64,000 bases of DNA, from assembly GCA_001782805.1 (NCBI GenBank), contig MFPT01000003.1:44072-108071 (forward strand). Reading direction: 5' to 3'. How positions within the stretch are numbered: the first letter of the stretch is position 1; each line of letters begins with the position of its first letter. Origin of the DNA: Candidatus Magasanikbacteria bacterium RIFCSPHIGHO2_01_FULL_41_23 (GTDB taxonomy: Bacteria > Patescibacteriota > Patescibacteriia > Magasanikbacterales > UBA922). The notes beneath the pieces are model-generated. The model worked only from the letters and a program-made list of their open reading frames with translations, did no database searches and had not been told where the DNA came from. Of this stretch, positions 40,005 through 48,802 are shown piece by piece. The position numbers and the translations under genes were made by a program.

Positions 40005-40080
40005 TGGTGGACCAGACGGGGTTTGAACCCGCATTCCTATTTTTGCAGAACAGTGTTTTAACCAATTAAACTACTGGCCC
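40005..40080 (-). tRNA. tRNA-Cys (anticodon GCA), with CCA encoded
   Basis: On the minus strand: GGGCCAG-TA-GTTT-AATTGGTTA-AAAC-A-CTGTT-CTGCAAA-AATAG-GAAT-GCGGG-TTCAAAC-CCCGT-CTGGTCC-A-CCA. Confidence 0.85.
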
Positions 40081-40348
40081 ATGATCCACCATTTTTAACC
40101 ATAGCATAAACGACATTAAGAAAACCTTAAATTTTTGATTGGTTGTTTATAAACTGTGTATAAAACAATAAAACCTCCAAATTAGGAGGTTTTATTGTGC
40201 AAAAATAGGTAATGCCAGTATTGGCAACACTGTTCTTTAATTTGAGTATATCAGAAAAAAATCCTCTGTCAACTGTCAAACTTAAGATTGACAATTTTTT
40301 TATTTTCTATATACTAGACCCAATAATTCAGCTACTAAAATATTCAAT

Positions 40349-40828
40349 ATGCGTTTTGATGGAATTTACGAAAAGACGATTGTCATTGTAAAGCCGGATG
40401 GAGTTCAGCGCGGTTTGGTCGGTGAAGTTCTTAAGCGTTTGGAAATGAAAGGCCTTAAATTAGTGGGCATGAAAATGGCTTATTTGAATGAAGCAAAATT
40501 ACGCGAACATTACGCGCATCATGTAGAAAAACCATTTTACCCCGGCTTGGAAGCATTCATGAAATCCAGTCCGGTGACGATTATGTGTTTGGAAGGCAAA
40601 GACGCAGCGGGCGCAGTTCGGGTGATCGCGGGTGTAACCAATGCTGGCAAAGCTGATGGAGGAACAATTCGCGGTGATTTGGCTATGGGAATGTGCAATG
40701 TTGTCCATTGTTCCGATTCAGCTGAATCCGCTAGAGACGAAATAATGCGTTTTTTTAGTGAAGACGAAATTTTTGATTATAATAAAACTGAATACTTGCA
40801 TGTGTATATGGAAGATGAACGGAAGTAG
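40349..40828 (+). CDS. ndk: Nucleoside-diphosphate kinase
   Basis: 159 aa with 'TIVIVKPDGVQRGLVGEV', the active-site His in 'NVVHCSDS', and an upstream inverted repeat TGTCAA/TTGACA. Confidence 0.9.
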   Translation: MRFDGIYEKTIVIVKPDGVQRGLVGEVLKRLEMKGLKLVGMKMAYLNEAKLREHYAHHVEKPFYPGLEAFMKSSPVTIMCLEGKDAAGAVRVIAGVTNAGKADGGTIRGDLAMGMCNVVHCSDSAESARDEIMRFFSEDEIFDYNKTEYLHVYMEDERK

Positions 40829-40855
40829 TGCTTGCATCGAGCGAACGTAGTGAGT

Positions 40856-40884
40856 CCTTCGACTTCGCTCAGGATAAATCGAAG
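40856..40884. repeat. A copy of the TCCTTCGAC-N-CGCTCAGGATAA short dispersed repeat. Other copies are at 2724-2743, 29701-29741 and 30017-30038 (inside rnpB), and there are related palindromes at 60844-60890 and 61363-61399.
   Basis: A near-identical 22/23-nt match between 30017-30038 and 40856-40878. All copies share the TTCGAC...CGCTCAGG core. Confidence 0.55.
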
Positions 40885-41101
40885 TGTGGATAACTGGCTT
40901 GACCCATTTCAAAACCTGCGTTACAGTTATATAAGTATGTTGCAAACAGCAATACACAATTTAATTCTCATCATTAAGCGTTGTCTCTTTATTGTAGACA
41001 TGCCTTTTGCATTTGTATATGTGCGGGGTATCGGGGTGACATGCTTTGATGGTGAAAATTGTGGTTGCAGTGGCAACTGCTAACAACCAGAACAAAAGTA
41101 A

Positions 41102-41133
41102 ATCATCCCGACGTAGTCGGGATGATTTTTTTT
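41102..41133 (+). terminator. Strong rho-independent terminator; also one copy of the CCCGAC-N4-GTCGGG hairpin family
   Basis: A 10-bp stem 'atcatcccgac'/'gtcgggatgat' followed by T8. Confidence 0.6.
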
Positions 41134-41227
41134 GAGAATAGTTCTTTAAAAAATAGGCAACAGAGGAAAACACCAACCCATGTATTGATTAAGAAAAATT
41201 CTTGCTCGATACATCGGTTGGTGATGT

Positions 41228-41503
41228 GTGGGACCGAGGGGGTTCTGTGCAATGCTGACCATGTTGGGGTTAAATTCCCCTGTACGAGGTTCTTCGATGA
41301 GTAATTCTTCGATTTCTTCGGGGCAAGAGCTCCTGCTTCAACAGCCGACGACTCTCGCTCCGACGAGCATGACCGGTACGATGACTCCGCTGACGGGGGG
41401 GGACGACAAGACTGGCCGACGCTTGCGTCGCAAGCCGTCTCGCGCCGACGTCGTCGCGCGTGAACTGTTCGAGGAGCGGAAGTGGGGAGAGCGCTCTTTC
41501 TAA
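41228..41503 (+). CDS. GC-rich (island 3) small ORF, hypothetical, 91 aa
   Basis: A local GC of ~58% with high GC3 in the distal half. No family recognised. Confidence 0.25.
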   Translation: MGPRGFCAMLTMLGLNSPVRGSSMSNSSISSGQELLLQQPTTLAPTSMTGTMTPLTGGDDKTGRRLRRKPSRADVVARELFEERKWGERSF

Positions 41504-41943
41504 GAGTTACTCCTTACGACTGTTCCGGGGTTGGCCACAGTTCCTCTGTTGCCTTCCCTCCATTAAACATTGCTGTGTTTAGCGGAGGGAATTTTCCACT
41601 TAATTTTAATTTGACACAAAAATTAAGTTATTTTATACTCAAAATAGATCCTGCCATACACACAGCAAATCTTATTCTACATATCATTGTCATGGGAAGC
41701 TTATATCGCTCTAGTCCGTGGACTAGGGTTGCGGCCACCCACCTATTTTATAGGGATAATGATTTTGCTGTTCTGGCCGGATCCAAAAGATCTCCCGACA
41801 CGTCGGGGATTTTTTGTTTATACTTAGCTGACCTGTGATGAGCTCCTCGACTCCACTCGGAGTAAACCCATTCGAACCAGTCGAAGGATTACTTGAAAAA
41901 TTAATAAATAAAGAGTACGATGCAATCGTATTTAATCTAATGA

Positions 41944-42016
41944 GGGCGCATAGCTCAGTGGTTAGAGCACGTCGCTTATAACGACGGGGTCGATGGTTCA
42001 AGTCCATCTGCGCCTA
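41944..42016 (+). tRNA. tRNA-Ile with anticodon UAU (AUA-reading)
   Basis: GGGCGCA-TA-GCTC-AGTGGTTA-GAGC-A-CGTCG-CTTATAA-CGACG-GGGTC-GATGG-TTCAAGT-CCATC-TGCGCCT-A. Anticodon loop positions 34-36 read TAT. Confidence 0.8.
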
Positions 42017-42038
42017 CTGAAATTTGAGAGTTTTTTAT

Positions 42039-42114
42039 CGGGCTGTAGCGCAGTTGGTAGCGCGTATGCATGGGGTGCATGAGGTCGCAGGTTCGAGTCC
42101 TGTCAGCCCGACCA
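42039..42114 (+). tRNA. tRNA-Pro (anticodon GGG), with CCA encoded
   Basis: CGGGCTG-TA-GCGC-AGTTGGTA-GCGC-G-TATGC-ATGGGGT-GCATG-AGGTC-GCAGG-TTCGAGT-CCTGT-CAGCCCG-A-CCA. Confidence 0.85.
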
Positions 42115-42149
42115 ATTTATAAATTATATTTGCATTATTAATTTTTTTT

Positions 42150-42764
42150 ATGTCCGATTCCGAAACGAAATTCCACCAAGATCCCGGCGTTTCAAGTATT
42201 GATACCGAAGATTCAGAATCCACAGCCATGATTATCGCCCAAAAATGGGCGGCCGGAATTCCGGCTGAAGATCGCGATTTGAAAGAATGGACTCCGGAAC
42301 AAATGGAAGGACTTCTTTATATAAAAAATATTAGTGCGGAAAATAGCGGGAGTCATACTTTTGCCACCACGGATTATTTGGGCAATTTGCCTCATTCTGT
42401 ATTTGAGGCTTTATATGATGAAGCCAAAACCAAAAACGATGTGTCCAGAGTATGTAGAGAAATAGCCGCAGATCCACTGTTCGCAGCCAATCAGATACAT
42501 AAAATCAGAATTCTTGGTGAAAAAGGATTACCTGAATCTGTTGTTCGAGCAGTACAATTAATAATTATTAGTGAAGGCCAAAAACCCGGAGTTCATATTT
42601 TTGGTGAATTGGCCGATAGCATTGATGCGGCAGAAACTAAAGACGATATAATTCCTATTTTAAATGGACCCATCCGTGATGAATTAAAATCTCTCGAAGG
42701 TCGCGCGCGCGACAATGTTCGACGCGAAGCGGTTCATCTTTTGATTGGATTATTGTCGCCATAA
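42150..42764 (+). CDS. Hypothetical acidic protein (204 aa)
   Basis: Clean ORF. No recognisable family. Confidence 0.45.
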   Translation: MSDSETKFHQDPGVSSIDTEDSESTAMIIAQKWAAGIPAEDRDLKEWTPEQMEGLLYIKNISAENSGSHTFATTDYLGNLPHSVFEALYDEAKTKNDVSRVCREIAADPLFAANQIHKIRILGEKGLPESVVRAVQLIIISEGQKPGVHIFGELADSIDAAETKDDIIPILNGPIRDELKSLEGRARDNVRREAVHLLIGLLSP

Positions 42765-42798
42765 TTTGTCGATAATCCTGAATAGTAGTATTAATTAT

Positions 42799-45315
42799 CT
42801 ATAAAAATTTTGCTGCTTTTTCTAAGTCTGTGGTTGAAGCTTCATATTTTTTGCCAATTTTATATACTTTAGCAAGAAATTCCGGTAAATTACCTCGAGC
42901 CTCATTCTTTGCTGTATCTAATTCTATTTTTAATTCACCCTTTTGTCCCGGAAATATAGCCTTTTGCGCAATATTAAAAATTGTTTCCGCTAAAGTACTT
43001 TTCAAAAGATCAATATCTTCAATATCATATTGACCTTCAGGTAGAAGATCAAAGAGTAAATCCGTTTTCCTGCTTATGTCATATCGAAGTTGTAAGGATT
43101 CTTTTCTTGATTTTTCTCTTTCTGGTGCTGGTCTAATATTGATTGGTTCTAGTTGTCCACCTGCGCCTAACTCTCTTCTAAACCGAGTACTCCCCGTGGG
43201 TGCTAGTGTTTGCGATCCTGGTTTACCACCATCTCTTAATCCCACTCTGCGAGAAGTAAGTGGTGGTTTTTGTGGTCTTTTTATTTTTTGTGGCACAATA
43301 ATTTTCGGTTCGGGTGTTTGAGGCTGTATATTAACGAATAAATCTTCCGCTCCTCCACCAGTATCTTCTGTTTCTGCTCCATAAGTTGGTACAACAAGTC
43401 TTGGGGCAGGTTTTACTCCTGCGTCTGCCGGTTTTGATTCTTCTTTCTTATTATCCTTATTAGTAACAACGCCAACAACAGTCAATACGCCAGTGACAAT
43501 GGCCAATTTTCTAATATTATTACGAAGTCCACCCCAAAATCCGGCTCTAATCGGTTTATTTTGTTCTTCTTTTGTGAGAGGTTGTCGAGAAGGATTAGCG
43601 TCTAGCTCATTTTCAAGTTCATCATCTGATCTTTTATCAGATCCGGACCACGCATCTAGAATTTCATCACTGTCTTCATCTTTAAAATTCTCGTATAAAT
43701 CAGGTTTATATTTTTTAGCGTCTGTAGGACTGGCATCGTTATATTCTTCATGCTTTTTTCTGAATTTTTCTCTTAGTTTTTCCATTTTCCTTTCCGTGTC
43801 TATGGCGCCTATTTCTTCTTTTTTTCTCATTAATTCTTTCATGAGTATTTTGGCTTCGGATATCATTGCTTCTAGCTCTTGTTCAAGATCCTCTTTTGAA
43901 TTTTTTTGTTCGGGAATTGTAGAAAAATTGTCCATTGCAGGCACTGTGTCATGTTGGGGTTCAAGATCAGGATTTGTTTGAGCTTCAAGATCAGGTTCAG
44001 TAGCTTCTTCATTATCAACTGCAATATCCGTGGAAATTCCACTTGAATTTTCGGTTTTTTTATTTTGAGCTATTCTTTTTTCGACATATTTTTTGAATTG
44101 TTCCAAAATAACTTTGAAGTCGCTAGGTTTAAAGTCATCGGAGGCATTGACTTTGGTGTCTTCGTGATGAGTTTCTAAGGCTCCTCCTTTTTTTCTATTC
44201 CAACCGTTTGCTTCATATTGAGTATAACCAGTGAGTTTTCCTCTTTTGTCGTAACTAAATTCGATTCCGTATTTGAGTCCTCTACTTCCTTTTTCCTCCT
44301 CAAGACTCAAATGAAAAATAAAAGGGTTTGGATTATCTCTGCTAATAGCCGTTGGTCCGGAGGCTCTATCTTCTTTGGTCATTACAAAGGGATTAAAAAG
44401 AGGTAAATCAGGAATATCAAAGTCTACTTGGCTGTCATCTGCTAAAATAATTTGTTTTTTTTCTGTATCAATAGAACTCAAAAGCGGTGCTGGCCACTCA
44501 GGAGTTTTTGGTTCTTGGTCAGGAGCGTTAGATGTCGGAAGAATTACTGCTTCCACTACTTCATGTACTTCATGGGGAAGCGGAGGCGGCGTAGTATTGG
44601 TTACTTCTTCCAGATCGCTATCTTCAAGTTCAATTACATTTTTAGGAGGGATTGTTGTTTCATTAGTTTTCAATCCCATTCCCTTTACTATATTTCTGGT
44701 AATTTTGCGTTGAGCTTGTAATCTTTCGTCTAATTTTCTTTTTGCCTCCAATTTTTTTAATTCTAACAGTGGCTCTTTGGCATCCTCTATAATTTTTGCT
44801 ATATCTTTTTTTGCTTTTGTATATTTATTTTTTACACCGTACCAGTAATCTTCAGTACCAGTTCCGATTGAATCTTTTTTAGTATATTCAATAAGTTCAC
44901 TGATTAAATCAATTGATAATTTTACATCTTCCATGCCGTCTGTTAGTCTATCCAAAGATTTCTGAAGATCCGGTGATTTTACAATATCACTAAACACTGA
45001 AAATTCTTTTTCCAACGAGTCATAGTCCTTCCTTAAACTAGAATATTTTTCTTCCCATTCGCGTAACATTGCTTGATCTTTATTATCTACCGATACTGAT
45101 CCGGTTGGTTCATTCGCTTCGTCTGCAAAAACTGGCAAAGATTCTTCAGTGTCTGTTACCAGATGAAGTCCTGCTGGATGAAGCTCTGGTTTTATTTCAG
45201 GATCTCCTATACTAGGATCTGTTTTAAATATTGGTACTTCATTTGTACGTCTAGCCATATAAAATTTTTGATTTAAAAGTATTTTAATTGTACCACTTAT
45301 TAAAAGATAGGGCAA
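42799..45315 (-). CDS. Large acidic, low-complexity, coiled-coil protein (838 aa) with a single TM helix and a ~240-aa C-terminal ectodomain
   Basis: Long D/E/K-rich disordered stretches, and the TM helix 'LAIVTGVLTVVGVVT'. No homology recognised. Confidence 0.55.
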   Translation of the reverse strand: MPYLLISGTIKILLNQKFYMARRTNEVPIFKTDPSIGDPEIKPELHPAGLHLVTDTEESLPVFADEANEPTGSVSVDNKDQAMLREWEEKYSSLRKDYDSLEKEFSVFSDIVKSPDLQKSLDRLTDGMEDVKLSIDLISELIEYTKKDSIGTGTEDYWYGVKNKYTKAKKDIAKIIEDAKEPLLELKKLEAKRKLDERLQAQRKITRNIVKGMGLKTNETTIPPKNVIELEDSDLEEVTNTTPPPLPHEVHEVVEAVILPTSNAPDQEPKTPEWPAPLLSSIDTEKKQIILADDSQVDFDIPDLPLFNPFVMTKEDRASGPTAISRDNPNPFIFHLSLEEEKGSRGLKYGIEFSYDKRGKLTGYTQYEANGWNRKKGGALETHHEDTKVNASDDFKPSDFKVILEQFKKYVEKRIAQNKKTENSSGISTDIAVDNEEATEPDLEAQTNPDLEPQHDTVPAMDNFSTIPEQKNSKEDLEQELEAMISEAKILMKELMRKKEEIGAIDTERKMEKLREKFRKKHEEYNDASPTDAKKYKPDLYENFKDEDSDEILDAWSGSDKRSDDELENELDANPSRQPLTKEEQNKPIRAGFWGGLRNNIRKLAIVTGVLTVVGVVTNKDNKKEESKPADAGVKPAPRLVVPTYGAETEDTGGGAEDLFVNIQPQTPEPKIIVPQKIKRPQKPPLTSRRVGLRDGGKPGSQTLAPTGSTRFRRELGAGGQLEPINIRPAPEREKSRKESLQLRYDISRKTDLLFDLLPEGQYDIEDIDLLKSTLAETIFNIAQKAIFPGQKGELKIELDTAKNEARGNLPEFLAKVYKIGKKYEASTTDLEKAAKFL

Positions 45316-45339
45316 AATTTATTATTTGAATAATAAAAA

Positions 45340-45366
45340 AATCCTCGATTAAAAGGATTTTTTGTT
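45340..45366 (-). terminator. Terminator hairpin after rpmB
   Basis: 'aaaaatcct'-loop-'aggattttt', with A- and T-runs on both sides, so it looks bidirectional. Confidence 0.5.
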
Positions 45367-45401
45367 TCTCATTGATGTGAGACTAAACGGGAAATTTTGG
45401 A

Positions 45402-45566
45402 TTAAGCGGCTTTTTTGGCCAAGGTTTTGAGACAACGAGTGCACAGCCAAACACCGTTTACTTTTTGCAAATTTATTTTTTGGCGGCGAATGGTTTTGAT
45501 GTTGGAATGGCTGCGAGTCGCTGATTTTTGCGAACGCTTAAAGCACAGGTTACAGGTGAGTGACAT
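45402..45566 (-). CDS. rpmB: 50S ribosomal protein L28 (bL28). A 54-aa ORF, below the length cutoff of the supplied track.
   Basis: The minus-strand translation is 'MSLTCNLCFKRSQKSATRSHSNIKTIRRQKINLQKVNGVWLCTRCLKTLAKKAA'. It carries the Cys pairs and the 'RSHS...NLQKV' core of zinc-ribbon L28. Confidence 0.7.
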   Translation of the reverse strand: MSLTCNLCFKRSQKSATRSHSNIKTIRRQKINLQKVNGVWLCTRCLKTLAKKAA

Positions 45567-45638
45567 ATATGTAGAGTTGTCAAAAATATAATTTGGGGCT
45601 ATTATATAGGGAGTTTAATTTATTGTCAAGCCGAATGT

Positions 45639-46244
45639 ATGGATTTTTTTTCTTTGGGGCTTTATTTTTTGGTGACCGTGCCATCGGCGATTTTTCATGA
45701 ATATATGCATGGTTGGACTGCGGATCAGCTGGGGGATCCGACGGCGCGTTATGCTGGCCGTTTGACTTTGGATCCACGTTCGCACATTGATCTGTTTGGC
45801 ACGATTTTGTTGCCGATTTTACTGTCCATAAGTTCGGGCGGCAGTTTTTTGTTCGCGTACGCCAAACCAGTACCGTACAATCCATATAATTTAAAAAATC
45901 AACGCTGGGGACCGTTGGCCGTTGGTTTGGCCGGGCCAGTGGCGAATTTTATGTTGGCAGTGGTGTTTGCGTTTATTGCGCGTATGGTTCCGGTCGGGGA
46001 AATGATGCGTCAATTTTTTCACATTATCATTATTACGAATTTGTCGCTCATGGTTTTTAATTTGGTGCCGATTCCGCCGCTCGATGGTTCCAAAATTTTA
46101 TATTTATTTTTGCCCGTTGATTCGCCAATCGCGCAATTTTTGGAACGGTATGGATTTTTTGTTTTGTTGATTTTTGTTTTTTATTTTTCTTCCATAATTT
46201 CACCGATTATTTTTTGGCTGTTTGGTATTTTGATGGGGTTTTAG
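45639..46244 (+). CDS. Site-2-protease (M50)-like small membrane metalloprotease
   Basis: HExxH in 'IFHEYMHGW' within TM1, followed by four or five more TM helices and the 'LVPIPPLDGSKIL' motif typical of S2P/SpoIVFB-like proteins. Confidence 0.6.
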   Translation: MDFFSLGLYFLVTVPSAIFHEYMHGWTADQLGDPTARYAGRLTLDPRSHIDLFGTILLPILLSISSGGSFLFAYAKPVPYNPYNLKNQRWGPLAVGLAGPVANFMLAVVFAFIARMVPVGEMMRQFFHIIIITNLSLMVFNLVPIPPLDGSKILYLFLPVDSPIAQFLERYGFFVLLIFVFYFSSIISPIIFWLFGILMGF

Positions 46245-46277
46245 GTATTGACAATGTTAAAAATTTCAGTATAATAA

Positions 46278-46532
46278 ATGGATATGGTAGCAAAAACAAT
46301 TAAAAAAGTAGTTAAAGGTTTCCCCGTCTTAATTCATCCTGACGAATCCGGTGGTTTTTGGGTTGAGTGTCCTTCATTTGGTGGTTGTTATTCGGAAGGT
46401 GATACTGTTGAAGATGCAATGAAAAATATTGAGGAAGTAATTGAACTTTGTTTAGAATTACAGGAAGAAGAAAACCGGCCGGAATTTTCGCATTCCAATT
46501 CTAGTTCTAGTTTTAATCCTTTGCCAATTTAA
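46278..46532 (+). CDS. hicB: HicB-family antitoxin
   Basis: 'GFWVECPSFGGCYSEGDTVEDAMKNIEEVIELCLE' is HicB/UPF0150-like. It lies immediately upstream of hicA. Confidence 0.6.
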   Translation: MDMVAKTIKKVVKGFPVLIHPDESGGFWVECPSFGGCYSEGDTVEDAMKNIEEVIELCLELQEEENRPEFSHSNSSSSFNPLPI

Positions 46533-46537
46533 TAAAT

Positions 46538-46762
46538 ATGGGTATCTTAGGAGGGGTTTCTGGTGATATTGTCATCAGAAAATTAGAGCGTATCGGATAT
46601 TATATTGTGCGCCAAAAAGGGAGTCATGTTCGGTTATTGCACAATAATTCTTTGAATTTTCCGCCTGTAAGCGTGCCTTTACATAAAGAATTAAGAATCG
46701 GCACGCTTAAACAGATAATCAAAAGAGCAAATTTAACTGTTGAAGAATTTATTAAGTTATAA
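46538..46762 (+). CDS. hicA: HicA-family mRNA interferase toxin
   Basis: 'LERIGYYIVRQKGSHVRLLH' is the YcfA/HicA fold, with the catalytic His in the GSH motif. Confidence 0.65.
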   Translation: MGILGGVSGDIVIRKLERIGYYIVRQKGSHVRLLHNNSLNFPPVSVPLHKELRIGTLKQIIKRANLTVEEFIKL

Positions 46763-46764
46763 AA

Positions 46765-46800
46765 AAATCCTCCAGAAAAGAGGATTTTTTATTTTCCTTA
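46765..46800. terminator. Terminator hairpin after hicBA
   Basis: 'aatcctc'-'cagaaaa'-'gaggatt', with flanking A7 and T6 runs. Confidence 0.5.
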
Positions 46801-46909
46801 ATCTTCATTCAAGATAAAAATTAAGGGGATTGGGCAAGAGAGTCGGCGACGGAGGTCGCGGCAACAGGTTGCCCGAGGGAGGGAGAATGGTGGGGCAGGT
46901 CTGAGACGG

Positions 46910-47413
46910 CTACTTGTTCATGTAGTAGTCTCGACCCTTGTAGGCGGTGAACTCTTTGTAACGGGTTTCGTTCACCGGCGACGCATCGTACAGCCGCTTT
47001 TGCGCTTCGTACGGCTCGTAGTCGTAAGGGTTGAGCCTGGCGTAGTCGGCGCACTCCATCGACTGGACGTTGACGGACACACAGGTCTTCATCCCGTTCT
47101 TGTCGAAGTCGAGCGACAGCTTCCCGGTGAACTCCCGGCCATCGCACTGGGTCTGACCCAGCCCGTAGCGGAGGTCATCGTAGAGCTGTCGCACACCCCG
47201 CTCCTCACTGTAACTGTAGAAGGAGCCGCATTTCTCGTACTGGGCGACGACCCCCTGTGTCGTCTTGGAGTTGTTGATAGTGCCGGCGCAGCTCAGGCCG
47301 GACAAGATGAAGAGCGCGAGAAGCAAACGACTCATAAATCTCCTTAATCTGGACATCGAGTCCAGGTTGAGATGACGAGTCTTTGTGACTCGTATCCAAC
47401 CTATTGATTTCAA
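46910..47413 (-). CDS. GC-rich (island 4) secreted protein with a signal peptide, hypothetical, 167 aa
   Basis: GC of ~58% with strongly GC3-biased codons, unlike the host genes. The N-terminus 'MSRLLLALFILSGLSCAG' is a signal peptide and four Cys residues follow. Confidence 0.6.
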   Translation of the reverse strand: MKSIGWIRVTKTRHLNLDSMSRLRRFMSRLLLALFILSGLSCAGTINNSKTTQGVVAQYEKCGSFYSYSEERGVRQLYDDLRYGLGQTQCDGREFTGKLSLDFDKNGMKTCVSVNVQSMECADYARLNPYDYEPYEAQKRLYDASPVNETRYKEFTAYKGRDYYMNK

Positions 47414-47610
47414 CTAAGATTAAAATTAATAGGTTGGCGACGACTGTTCGGATCAGTCGTCGAGTTGTTGTTATCATCTGGGATAGTGACCCTGTGTCAC
47501 TTTCGCCAGTATGAATCCAAGAACGAGTGACTATAACAGAAAGAGAGAGATTACAATGGAAGTCTTGGGGATAACTAAATATGCTTATTTGAAAATAATT
47601 TGTCAGATAT

Positions 47611-47639
47611 TTGACATATTTTCCCTCTTTCTATATAAT
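47611..47639 (+). promoter_or_regulatory. Consensus sigma70-like promoter (TTGACA-17-TATAAT) for the rpsL-rpsG-fusA transcript
   Basis: Perfect hexamers with a 17-nt spacer, ~190 nt upstream of rpsL. The leader contains a copy of a repeat element. Confidence 0.5.
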
Positions 47640-47827
47640 CCTCGCATCCTTTAAATAAAGGAAAAAGAACGGAGTAACTCTGTCCCCTCGACAAATCGAC
47701 AAAAGCTCGGGGCAAGCTGGGGCGAAGCAAATCACGCGCTGATTTAGACGTTCGGAAAAACTATATTTTTATAGTCCCGAACCGAGCGCATGCTCGGATT
47801 TTTATTTAAAATTTTCATTTTGTAGCT

Positions 47828-48265
47828 ATGCCAACAATGAACCAAATTTTACGCAAAGGTCGCACGCCGCTCAAGCGTAAATCACAATCACCGGCCATGC
47901 AATTTACCTATGATTCTTTGCATCGTAAACGCACGGAATTAAAGCGGGGTGCTCCATTTAAACGTGGAGTTTGTACCAAGGTTTATACGACCACTCCCAA
48001 AAAACCAAACTCGGCTTTGCGTAAAGTCGCCAAAGTTCGCTTGAGTAATGGCAGTGAAATCATTGCCTATATTCCGGGTGAAGGACACAATTTACAAGAA
48101 CACTCCATTGTGCTTATTCGTGGCGGTAAAGTGAAAGATTTGCCCGGTGTTCGGTACCACATTGTTCGTGGAGTCTACGACACTCAAGGCGTAGCCAATC
48201 GTAAACGCAGTCGTTCGGTTTATGGTGCCAAGCGTCCCAAAGCAGTTAAAGTAGCTAAGAAATAG
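47828..48265 (+). CDS. rpsL: 30S ribosomal protein S12
   Basis: '[56 protein letters not shown]'. Confidence 0.93.
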   Translation: MPTMNQILRKGRTPLKRKSQSPAMQFTYDSLHRKRTELKRGAPFKRGVCTKVYTTTPKKPNSALRKVAKVRLSNGSEIIAYIPGEGHNLQEHSIVLIRGGKVKDLPGVRYHIVRGVYDTQGVANRKRSRSVYGAKRPKAVKVAKK

Positions 48266-48310
48266 TTCGACACAAGCTCACTACAAGTAAAATCACTATA
48301 AAATAATAAT

Positions 48311-48793
48311 ATGCCTCGTGGAAAATCTGTACCTAAACGCGAAATTTTACCGGATCCAAAATACGGTAATTTGCTGGTGGCCAAATTTACCAATTTTATC
48401 ATGAGTTGCGGTAAAAAAAATACGGCGCAACGAGTGGTCTATGGCGCTTTGGAAATATTGGCGGCCAAAAAACAGGGGAATGCTCTGGAATTATTTGAGC
48501 GTTTACTGGAAACGGTTCGTCCGCAAGTGGAAGTCCGGTCTCGTCGCGTGGGTGGTGCCAATTATCAAGTTCCAATGCCAGTGTCCGGCAGTCGCCAAAA
48601 TGCCATGGCTTTCCGTTGGATTATTACGGCGGCGCGGGCGCGCAAAGGTCATACTATGCAAGAAAAATTGGCTGGAGAATTTATGGATATTTTGGAAGGT
48701 GTTGGCGGCACGATTAAGAAAAAAGAAGATGTGCATCGCATGGCGGAATCAAATAAAGCGTTTGCCCACTTTGCTCGCTTTAATCGTAAATAA
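48311..48793 (+). CDS. rpsG: 30S ribosomal protein S7
   Basis: 'MPRGKSVPKREILPDPKYGN', 160 aa. Confidence 0.93.
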   Translation: MPRGKSVPKREILPDPKYGNLLVAKFTNFIMSCGKKNTAQRVVYGALEILAAKKQGNALELFERLLETVRPQVEVRSRRVGGANYQVPMPVSGSRQNAMAFRWIITAARARKGHTMQEKLAGEFMDILEGVGGTIKKKEDVHRMAESNKAFAHFARFNRK

Positions 48794-48802
48794 TCAGACT
48801 TT

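Noticed and set aside
41520-41940. Possible structured RNA upstream of tRNA-Ile/Pro (hairpins 'ttccctcc...ggagggaa' and 'ctagtccgtggactag')
   Set aside because: No conserved motif of a known RNA family could be recognised. It is left as an unexplained hairpin-rich spacer, partly inside GC island 3.
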